From a virus: DNA of 64,000 nt. A program made the translations under genes and the position numbers. The notes below the pieces were generated by a model that worked only from the letters and a program-made list of their open reading frames with translations, ran no database searches and had not been told where the DNA came from. The DNA lies in IMG/VR virus record IMGVR_UViG_3300009503_000022, positions 32,001-96,000 of that record. One strand, given 5' to 3'. Of this stretch, positions 50,053-58,472 are shown in pieces (within the stretch, counting starts at the first letter, position 1; each line of letters begins with the position of its first letter).

Positions 50053-53000
50053 TTAATAATTTAATATTTTTCTTAAATAAGAAGCAGCTTCAAATATCTC
50101 TTTTAAATCTAATTCTTCTATAGTTTTATCCTTTTCCTCTAAATATGCATTTAATTCCATTTCTATTATCTTCTTTGAATTATCATTTATTTTACTTGCT
50201 TTAACTTCATTAAAATATTCTTTTAATAAATTAAAAGCCGCCTTTAATTTAGGATTTTTAATAAATAACCAAGAAAATGGAGCAATAAAATCTATAATCA
50301 TCTTTAATGTCTCTTTAATTCCTGCTTCTTTCTCAATTCCATAATCTAATCTAGTCTTCAATTGAAATTTATCTTCTTCTTTACTTCTAATCATTAACCA
50401 TTTTCTATCTTCCATCGGTATTAAAGTAAATTCTCCCTTTACTTTATCAGTATTTAATCTAAATTTTCTTTTCTTATCTGACCATTCTAATATCTCTGCA
50501 TCTCCAATTGCATAAGTTTCAACTATTCCTGCTCCATATTCACCTTTAGGTATTTCACCTTCAAAATAAATATAATCTACTGGATGATCCTCTGTTTCTA
50601 TAAATAAAACCTTTTGTCCAGGTTCTGGTATTTTCCTCGTAACCCCTGATTTTAAAACACCATCTTTAAATATTCTCCAATCAAAATGTTTACCTGCCTT
50701 TTTTGCATAATGCAATTGAATCCCTGACTTGCCTTCTTCTCTAATTTTAGGTTTTGGTTCAGGAGTAATATCAAAATCTCTTTTTTTCTTATATTCTTCC
50801 AATCTATCATCTTCTTGAGCTTTTTTTAAAAAATATTCGTCTTCAACTTCTTGTAAATATGTAAACTTATTAAATATCTTAACACTTGATTCCAATTTCC
50901 AAGAAGCAGTTTTCAAAAATTTAGTAGTCTTATTTTGAATATCTTTTATTATTGCAGTAACACGAGGAGGTGAAATACCTAAAATCTCTGCAATCTCAAC
51001 TTGACTATATCCTGATACTAACAAATTAAATACCTTCTTACCTACATCTGTAAGAAGATTTAATATTTTATCAAATAAATCATTTACTATTACTTTTTCC
51101 TCAGGTGAATCATACTTAGATTCAATAATATTCTTTATTTTAATAGGAACATCTTTATCTTCATATATAACATCTTCTAAACTATATGCTATTGTATTTA
51201 CTATTTCTTTTTGAAGATATAAATCTCTTATTTCATCTTTTACTCTACCATCTAATTGGTTATATAACCACGTTGAAAATTTTCCTTTTTCTCTATCATA
51301 AGTATCTATTGAATGTAAAATAATTTCATCAATAATAGAAGAAGCATCATAAAACCCTGCTTTTCCTAATTTATTTTCAAATGGATACGCTAACCTTTTT
51401 AATTCAGGATAAATTTCGTTAAATATTTTTTCATCTTTCGTTTCTTTATATCTAATCACTTTTTCATCTAAATCTTCTATTGATGATTTTTTATACAACT
51501 TTTTAAGTACTTTATCTATTTTAGCATCTTCCTTCTCAAAATCAAATAATTTATCTTCATCTATTGGTAAACATACTAATCCTGTTTTTCCTGATAAACT
51601 ATACGGAACTCTTAATCCACCTGCTCTATGTAACGTACTAGTATCTAGCCTACAAGTATTTTCCTTTTTCGTAACTCCAGTAGTCAATCTTTTATCATTT
51701 TTATTTTCTATATATTCTTCTAAAGCTAATTTAATTGCTGTTCTAGCTTCATCTACATCTATTTCTTTTTTTAATATACCATAAACGTGAAATCCTTTTG
51801 AACCAGAAAATACTATCTTAGTATCAACTACATTATCCATTGTTTCTATTAAATCTTTAACCTCAAAAACTATATCCTTTAAATCATCCCAAGAAAATCC
51901 TTCTTTTGGATCTAAATCAACATATAAAAATGGAGTAGTATCCTTAAGAGAAAAATGCCATTCAACATTTCTACCATTATTTAATTTATCAAAATCTTTA
52001 ATATTTATCGGTTTTCCCTCTATCTTTCTTTGAACTATAGTATCATCAACTTTCTTAAATAAAGTCACATCAAGATCATACTTTAAATAAGTTTCTATAA
52101 TATCATCTTTAACAGTATCATAATACAAAAAAATCTCACCTTCATTAAGTCCTTCTTTATAAAATTCATTTGGTTCTACTATTATAGTTTCTGGATGCTT
52201 TGGTTTATAAGCATAAATTAAACTACTTTCTATTTTCATTGATTTACCTTCGTGATAACAAGCATTTTGTTCAAATTCATTAGTATAAATTGTCCATCTA
52301 TTTCTACCTTTATTTTTGGATTCATAAAGTGCTTTATCTGCTTTAGTAAATGAATCATCTATATTAGATTCTAACGGAGCAGCTCCTAAACTTATAGTCA
52401 CTGGTATTTCAGTTTGTTTAGTTTCTTCTTCAACTGTATTTCTTATCAATTCCAATAATTCTTTTAAATCCTCTTCATCATCTAATTCAATAAATATTAC
52501 AAATTCTTCTCCGCCCCATCTAACTATATTTTCTATATCAAGACTTTTAATTAAATCGGCAACTGTCTTTAATACCTCGTCGCCTTTATCGTGACCATAT
52601 TCATCATTAATTTGCTTAAAATGATCTATATCAGTTAAAATTATATAATTATTTTCTTCTAATAATCTTTCTTCATTATCCTCTAACCAATGCCTTGAAT
52701 ACAACCCAGTTAAAGCATCTGTATATAATCTTTTTTTCAATTCCTCGACTTCTTTTTGTAAATCTTTATTTTCATCTATTTCTGATTCTATCTTTCTTAT
52801 TTCAGTCGGATGAACTTCAGATATTATAGATCCATCTTCTAAAGGTTTATCCCACTTGACTACATAATCAACATCATAAATTGTTCCTCCTCGCTCTTCA
52901 GGAGCTATATCTATTATTGTTCCTGTATTATCAAAATTAATTGCCTCTATTTTAGTTCCCTTTTCATAAACTCCTTTTCGCGATTGAAAAGCTTTCAAAC

Positions 53001-56000
53001 GAATCACTTTTTCATTTTTATATATATTCTCATCAAATTTTTTCTTTCTTAAATTTTCATCTAATGTTTCTACTACATTATAATATTTATCTATAATCTT
53101 ATATATTTTCTCTGGATTTCTTAAAAATACAAATTCATCTCTTATTTTTAATTGATCAAAAGTAGTTATTTCCCCTTCTTCTATTCCATGTCTTTTAAAT
53201 AAACTTGAATAACATTGTTTTCTAACTAAATTTACATATTCGCTTTCTTTCTTTAAAAATTCATCTAATTCAGGATATTGCTCTTTAACATCTTTAATTT
53301 TCTTTTCTAAAACATCTAAATATTCTATCATTTTATTCCAATAAGGTTCATAAGAATCGTCCCATATAACTATCTTATTTTTTCCTGTATTCTTACCTAA
53401 TACAAGAGATTTGTGAGCATCTGTAGGAATTTTTCCAATCCCTACAGTTGCTGTATGTCCTGTATTTTTTAAATAAATATCTATAAATTGCTGTCCTAAT
53501 TTTTTGGCTTCTTCTATCGTAATAGGAATACTTATAAATATATTATCTCCACCTTCAAATATTACCTCTCCATTATACTTAGTAATTATTTCTATTATTT
53601 CTTTATTAGCATTTTTTATTTGATTAGATATATTTTTTGCTACTTCTGTATCTTTATCATAAATGGCTTCTTCTACTCTATCTCCAATATCATCACCATC
53701 AATGGCTATATAAACAAGATTACCTTTTTCTGATCTCTGTTTACCAATTTGAGCTTCTTTATGAAAACACTCTTTTCCTTCTGAATACAATACTATTCTA
53801 TCTGGTGAAATAGGTCCAACAACCACAGCAGTTCCTGCTATTCTTAAAGTATCTTCACCGGTTATATCTTTATAATAAACACCCCATTCCGGATCGTGTC
53901 TACTTTTTAGTCCTCTAGGAATTTGCTCATCATGTTTCCAATATAAAAATTTTCCTTCTACATCATCAACATAAGCACCTAAATCGACTAACATTGCATA
54001 ATCTGGTAATAAATCTAAACCTGAAACATCTACTTTATAAATATATTTACCAGGAAACTTTCCTGGTTCTTTAGAAACAAAAACAGATTCTTCTGGTAAC
54101 CAACCATAATCAAAAAATTGTTCCCCAGCTTCTGTTAATCCTTTTGTTTTTCTACCCACTAAACCCTCTTTCAAAATTATTTCTGGAGGAACATTTGTAC
54201 TATGATATAAATATTTAATAGCTTTCTTTTCTAATTCTTCAATCTTTTTCATTACTCCTTTATGAATAAGTCTAGGTTTCATATCCTTTATTTTTTGTAA
54301 AACTTCTTTTTTTAACTCATATAACATCTTAATTTCATCACCAGATGGAGAATATTTAATTGACCAATTTATTTCTCTTACGAGTTCCCATAAATTCCAA
54401 ATTATTAAATCAATAGTTTCACCTGTTGCTTTCATATTTAAAATATCTTTAAAATCTTCTTCTAATTCACTTATAGGTTTACCAATTTGAGCTTCTTTAT
54501 GAAAATATTCTCCTAACTTCATTTGTTCTCTTAATTCCCATATTTTAAATAATTCTGATTCTTGAGCTAAACTTGGACTCCATTGCATTCTTAATCCATC
54601 AAAATGAATCCAATCAACTATTTTATCTATAACATAAAATTTTTCAAAACCTTCTTTTGAATAAGCTTCTTCACCTTGTTTAATCAATTCTTCTATTTTC
54701 TTTATGTTTCTTTTTATAGGTTCTACTTCAACTCTTGTTGTGCCTCCAGTTTTTAATTTATTTAAATGATAAATTAATTCTTCTAAAATTTTATCTAATT
54801 TATCATCATCATAAATACCCTTAGATGCATCAATATAAACTTTTCTTAAATCAGTAAGAAATATTGCTTCTTTGTTTAAAAAAGCTCTTAATTGTTCTAA
54901 CTTATTATTATTTCCATATTGAAAAATATTTGCAATTCTAGACATTAACCAACCCTTTTCCTCAAATCCAGGTATTTGCTCAAGCCTTAAATCTTCTGGA
55001 ATTACTTTCTTATCCTCTCTATATCTTTCTATTCTTGGTTTTCTAATTATCCCTGTCATTTTATCTTCTATTTGTATCCATTTATTATCTTCAAACTTAT
55101 ATGCAGGTCCTTTTTTTATATTTACTTCTTCACCTTGTACTTCTACAATACAAGGTTCTTTAAAAGGATCAACCCAAATTCTACCATCTTCATCTTCAAA
55201 TACTTTATTTCTTTCTGCCCATTCTATAAATTCTAATCGTTCCTTATCAGTAAACCCTGTCCCAACCTTACCATTAAGCCTAAATATCCCTTCTTTATCT
55301 CTAAATGAAGTTAATATTGCGCCCATCTGTTCAGGATGCTTTTTACTTCTTTCTACTGCAACTACAACTAAATCAATAGATAAAATCGGTTTTACCTTAA
55401 CTATTTTATTATCATAATAAATTATAAGTCCTTCATAACCATATTTTTGAGGTTGTACAACCTTATCCCATAATTCGTCTACATCATTTAAATCAGCATT
55501 TTCAAAATATTCTGCTGGCTTTACATACTTTCCTTTGCTAAACAAATTTCTTAATCCACTAATTCTATATGATAAATCTTTATCTTGCCAATCAATTCCA
55601 TCTATACTTATAATATCAAATACTATTATCCTTATTCTTTCTTCATCTTCTTTAGTTTTCGGAGCCTTTAATAAACTCTGAGATTTTAAATAACTTAATG
55701 GAATACCATCTTCACTAACTCCATAAATTTCTCCAACTCCTATAAATTCTTTTAACGGTTTATTTTTTAATAATTCTGTAATTTCATCCGTAACAGGTAA
55801 ATCATAACGAATTGTACCTGCTCTAGTAACTGTTATTGTTCTACCATCTTTATATTCTATTCCAACTATTTCTCCATCTAATTTTACCGATATTGTAAAT
55901 TTCTTACCTTTTAATTTTTCTCTCAATTCATCTATAGTATAAAACTTCATCGACATTCTTTCTTTATAATCACTTACTATAGATGAAATTGGATTTTCTT

Positions 56001-56031
56001 TATCTATTTCTTTTTTAAATGCTAATATCAT
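50053..56031 (-). CDS. Polyprotein: ATP-dependent ligase + ART-like + mCpol + 2x SH3-like + GGDEF + LigD-type primase-polymerase + sigma-70 + LigD-type phosphoesterase
   Basis: KLDG/GEIY/VFDI/EGLII/VGTGF (ligase); YLYHST..EGL..ISPDRI (ART-like); IDGDDIG..GGDN..TVGIG (mCpol); DALTGL..DIDHFK.IND.YGH..GGEEF; VDLDP..SGSKGFHV..RVPYSL (AEP); GKFSTW..GYSQVEIAEILGIS (sigma); EYKKKRDF..QLH..HFDWR..EDHP..FEGEIP.GEYGAG (PE). Confidence 0.9.
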   Translation of the reverse strand: MILAFKKEIDKENPISSIVSDYKERMSMKFYTIDELREKLKGKKFTISVKLDGEIVGIEYKDGRTITVTRAGTIRYDLPVTDEITELLKNKPLKEFIGVGEIYGVSEDGIPLSYLKSQSLLKAPKTKEDEERIRIIVFDIISIDGIDWQDKDLSYRISGLRNLFSKGKYVKPAEYFENADLNDVDELWDKVVQPQKYGYEGLIIYYDNKIVKVKPILSIDLVVVAVERSKKHPEQMGAILTSFRDKEGIFRLNGKVGTGFTDKERLEFIEWAERNKVFEDEDGRIWVDPFKEPCIVEVQGEEVNIKKGPAYKFEDNKWIQIEDKMTGIIRKPRIERYREDKKVIPEDLRLEQIPGFEEKGWLMSRIANIFQYGNNNKLEQLRAFLNKEAIFLTDLRKVYIDASKGIYDDDKLDKILEELIYHLNKLKTGGTTRVEVEPIKRNIKKIEELIKQGEEAYSKEGFEKFYVIDKIVDWIHFDGLRMQWSPSLAQESELFKIWELREQMKLGEYFHKEAQIGKPISELEEDFKDILNMKATGETIDLIIWNLWELVREINWSIKYSPSGDEIKMLYELKKEVLQKIKDMKPRLIHKGVMKKIEELEKKAIKYLYHSTNVPPEIILKEGLVGRKTKGLTEAGEQFFDYGWLPEESVFVSKEPGKFPGKYIYKVDVSGLDLLPDYAMLVDLGAYVDDVEGKFLYWKHDEQIPRGLKSRHDPEWGVYYKDITGEDTLRIAGTAVVVGPISPDRIVLYSEGKECFHKEAQIGKQRSEKGNLVYIAIDGDDIGDRVEEAIYDKDTEVAKNISNQIKNANKEIIEIITKYNGEVIFEGGDNIFISIPITIEEAKKLGQQFIDIYLKNTGHTATVGIGKIPTDAHKSLVLGKNTGKNKIVIWDDSYEPYWNKMIEYLDVLEKKIKDVKEQYPELDEFLKKESEYVNLVRKQCYSSLFKRHGIEEGEITTFDQLKIRDEFVFLRNPEKIYKIIDKYYNVVETLDENLRKKKFDENIYKNEKVIRLKAFQSRKGVYEKGTKIEAINFDNTGTIIDIAPEERGGTIYDVDYVVKWDKPLEDGSIISEVHPTEIRKIESEIDENKDLQKEVEELKKRLYTDALTGLYSRHWLEDNEERLLEENNYIILTDIDHFKQINDEYGHDKGDEVLKTVADLIKSLDIENIVRWGGEEFVIFIELDDEEDLKELLELIRNTVEEETKQTEIPVTISLGAAPLESNIDDSFTKADKALYESKNKGRNRWTIYTNEFEQNACYHEGKSMKIESSLIYAYKPKHPETIIVEPNEFYKEGLNEGEIFLYYDTVKDDIIETYLKYDLDVTLFKKVDDTIVQRKIEGKPINIKDFDKLNNGRNVEWHFSLKDTTPFLYVDLDPKEGFSWDDLKDIVFEVKDLIETMDNVVDTKIVFSGSKGFHVYGILKKEIDVDEARTAIKLALEEYIENKNDKRLTTGVTKKENTCRLDTSTLHRAGGLRVPYSLSGKTGLVCLPIDEDKLFDFEKEDAKIDKVLKKLYKKSSIEDLDEKVIRYKETKDEKIFNEIYPELKRLAYPFENKLGKAGFYDASSIIDEIILHSIDTYDREKGKFSTWLYNQLDGRVKDEIRDLYLQKEIVNTIAYSLEDVIYEDKDVPIKIKNIIESKYDSPEEKVIVNDLFDKILNLLTDVGKKVFNLLVSGYSQVEIAEILGISPPRVTAIIKDIQNKTTKFLKTASWKLESSVKIFNKFTYLQEVEDEYFLKKAQEDDRLEEYKKKRDFDITPEPKPKIREEGKSGIQLHYAKKAGKHFDWRIFKDGVLKSGVTRKIPEPGQKVLFIETEDHPVDYIYFEGEIPKGEYGAGIVETYAIGDAEILEWSDKKRKFRLNTDKVKGEFTLIPMEDRKWLMIRSKEEDKFQLKTRLDYGIEKEAGIKETLKMIIDFIAPFSWLFIKNPKLKAAFNLLKEYFNEVKASKINDNSKKIIEMELNAYLEEKDKTIEELDLKEIFEAASYLRKILNY
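53739..54505. repeat. 29-bp exact direct repeat (53739-53767 and 54477-54505) encoding FHKEAQIGK
   Basis: gtttaccaatttgagcttctttatgaaaa occurs twice, 738 bp apart and in frame. Confidence 0.95.
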
Positions 56032-56189
56032 TTTGTCAATATTATTAACATTGGAGTAGTATCACTTGGTACAACTGCAGTTATTACCCAACCTGCATCC
56101 ACAAGCGTTTTTAAATCACTAACTGATCCATCAACTGTATCTTTAGTATTACCTTGCCTATCTGATTCTACTATTTTTACATCAGCCAT
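56028..56189 (-). CDS. Small hypothetical protein (53 aa)
   Basis: Manual: MADVKIVESDRQG..; SD AGGAGGAG; ATGA overlap with the polyprotein start. Confidence 0.65.
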   Translation of the reverse strand: MADVKIVESDRQGNTKDTVDGSVSDLKTLVDAGWVITAVVPSDTTPMLIILTK

Positions 56190-56234
56190 TTCGCTCCTCC
56201 TACATCATAATTTAAATTAGTCAATATATTTATA

Positions 56235-56411
56235 TTATTCGAAATTTAAATTTTCTTTTCGTCTAAATTCCAATTTCCTCTTATATCTTCTTGCTTGAGA
56301 AATAGTAGGAAAACACTTCTTCATACCCTCGTCTGTAATTACACACCAACGTCTTCCTTCTTCGCCTTCTTCTTTCTTTATCCTTAATTTTTCTTGTCGT
56401 AACCAATACAT
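56235..56411 (-). CDS. Small basic protein (58 aa)
   Basis: Manual: MYWLRQEKLRIKKEEGEEGRRWCVITDEGMKKCFPTISQARRY..; SD AGGAG. Confidence 0.55.
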   Translation of the reverse strand: MYWLRQEKLRIKKEEGEEGRRWCVITDEGMKKCFPTISQARRYKRKLEFRRKENLNFE

Positions 56412-58472
56412 TTATATCTCCTCTTTAATCAATTCTTTAGCTGCATTAACAAATAAATTAAAATCATCAACTTTAACTTTTTTACTTATTCTAGAAAATA
56501 TCTCATCCATATATCCTTCAATAATACTATCATAATTTATATCTATTTTTTTATTATCTTCAGTCGCTATTTTCTTTAATAAATTAGCATCTTCAATAAC
56601 AGCATTAACAATATCGTCTAATTGAATATTTGCTTTAATAAATTCTTTAATAGACGATTCTTTTTCAATAGTATCTTTAATCTCTTTTTTTATTTTCTTT
56701 TGAGTTTTATCATCAAATTCTTTTTTATACTTATCCTTTGCTTTTAAAAATTTTTCTATTTCTTTATCTAACTCTTTTTTCTTTTCTTCAGTTACTTCTT
56801 CATCTACCTTAATTATTTCAGTTGGATGAACTTCAGTAATTGTTTCTCCTGCTACTGGAGTATCCCATTTTATAATATAATCTATATCTCCAGGTTTTTC
56901 ATCATTTTTATAAATTACATATCCCATAAGCCCATTCGTCTGTAATTGAACTCTATCATATACTTCAAATTCGTCTTCTTCTATAGCTGATGTTAATAAT
57001 AATCTATATTTCATTACATTTTCATCTTTATACTCGTTCATTTTAAATTTAAACTCAGTATTATCATCTAAAGATGCAGTCACTATTCCTAATCTTGGAT
57101 CAAATCGTCTATAAGTATAAATATCAGGACTATTTTCAAATTGAAATTTATCACCTAATTTTAATTCACTAAACTTAACATATCCTTGTTTTTGATATAT
57201 TTTATCGTAATCTTGAATAGATTCTTTTTTCTTCATCTTTTTATCTTTTTTTATTTCTTTATCATAAGATTTTTGTAATTTTTTTTCAGATTTAGATTTA
57301 TCTATTTTCCTTTCCATATTCATATTAACACCCTCGGATAATTCTGGTAATTCTCTAAATTTAACAGTAGAATTATCAGAAACATTTAAAGTATCTATAT
57401 TAATAGTTGTATCTGATTTTCTATTTAATGAAGATCTTAAACTTGCTATTTTCCTCAATCTATTAGGATATTTCTCTAATAAATCTTTAATATTGCCTCT
57501 TAAACCAGTTACATCCCCTTCTATATTTGTAACATTTCCTTCAATATAAGAAACATCTCCTTTTATGTTAGATACATCTCCTTTTAAATAAGAAACATTT
57601 CCCCTTATATTAGATACATCTCCTACAATATTTGAAGCATCTCCATATATATTTGAAGCATCTCCATATATATTTGAAGCATCTCCATATATTTTAGATT
57701 TATCCCCTGTTACATTTTCATCATTAATCAATCTACTTTTTTGTGATTTTATTCTTAATGAAGACTTTTTCGTTCTTTTAAATTTTTCAAATAAATCTGG
57801 ATTTTCACTAATAAACTTATTTACACCATCCATAAACCATACATGCCACCCAGAACCTTCTGTTTCTAATTTCTTTTTTATACTTTCCCAACCTTCTTCA
57901 AAATAATATTCTGCTTCTTTTTGAGCTTTTTTATCACCTTTATAAGCAGGATCTATAATTAAACTATCCATAAGATCAATTGCATATTCTTGTATTGGAG
58001 TTTCAAGTTTAATAACATCCGATTTTCTTAATTGCATATTTCCTCCTAAATTTGCAAAAGATTTCTCTAATACATCTTGAGGATTTTCTATAACCATTTT
58101 ATCTCGAGGAACTTTTTGCTCTTCAGGAAATACAAAAAGATCATCTTTTAAAATAGTATCATTTTGAGATTTCCTTTCTAATAATCTTTTTACAAAATCT
58201 CTCCATTCTTCCTTATTTTCTTCTACCATTCCATCAAATATTTCTTTTGCTTTATCTTCTGTAACATCATAAATATTCATAAAATACTTTACTATTTCTG
58301 AATCTATATCATCGGCAATTTTTTCTAAAGTAAATTCGCTTCCTGTATCTAATTCAGGATTAGATGATATATCAGGATTAGTTTTAAAATAATCCAACTC
58401 GTGAAATTTTCCTGAATCATGTGGATATTTAATCTCATCAAATCCACCTTGAGCTTTACGTCTCAAATTCAT
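56412..58472 (-). CDS. Second modular polyprotein-like head protein (beta-helix repeat, tandem SH3-like domains)
   Basis: GD(A/V)SNI heptad repeat; EVHPTEI domain shared with the 1992-aa protein; many K-x-A/S linkers. Confidence 0.6.
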   Translation of the reverse strand: MNLRRKAQGGFDEIKYPHDSGKFHELDYFKTNPDISSNPELDTGSEFTLEKIADDIDSEIVKYFMNIYDVTEDKAKEIFDGMVEENKEEWRDFVKRLLERKSQNDTILKDDLFVFPEEQKVPRDKMVIENPQDVLEKSFANLGGNMQLRKSDVIKLETPIQEYAIDLMDSLIIDPAYKGDKKAQKEAEYYFEEGWESIKKKLETEGSGWHVWFMDGVNKFISENPDLFEKFKRTKKSSLRIKSQKSRLINDENVTGDKSKIYGDASNIYGDASNIYGDASNIVGDVSNIRGNVSYLKGDVSNIKGDVSYIEGNVTNIEGDVTGLRGNIKDLLEKYPNRLRKIASLRSSLNRKSDTTINIDTLNVSDNSTVKFRELPELSEGVNMNMERKIDKSKSEKKLQKSYDKEIKKDKKMKKKESIQDYDKIYQKQGYVKFSELKLGDKFQFENSPDIYTYRRFDPRLGIVTASLDDNTEFKFKMNEYKDENVMKYRLLLTSAIEEDEFEVYDRVQLQTNGLMGYVIYKNDEKPGDIDYIIKWDTPVAGETITEVHPTEIIKVDEEVTEEKKKELDKEIEKFLKAKDKYKKEFDDKTQKKIKKEIKDTIEKESSIKEFIKANIQLDDIVNAVIEDANLLKKIATEDNKKIDINYDSIIEGYMDEIFSRISKKVKVDDFNLFVNAAKELIKEEI
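57490..57720 (-). repeat. 21-bp coding tandem repeat (7-aa GDASNIY)
   Basis: Three perfect copies at 57628-57690 within about 11 degenerate units. Confidence 0.9.

Noticed and set aside
53350-53725. Type III CRISPR Cas10
   Set aside because: Only a single ~120-aa palm domain, with no HD domain, Csm/Cmr genes or array.
50053-56031. Inteins or an alternative genetic code as the cause of the giant ORF
   Set aside because: No Hint/HN-(C/S/T) or LAGLIDADG motifs seen; the ORF is open in the standard code, and TAA, TAG and TGA all end genes elsewhere in the window.
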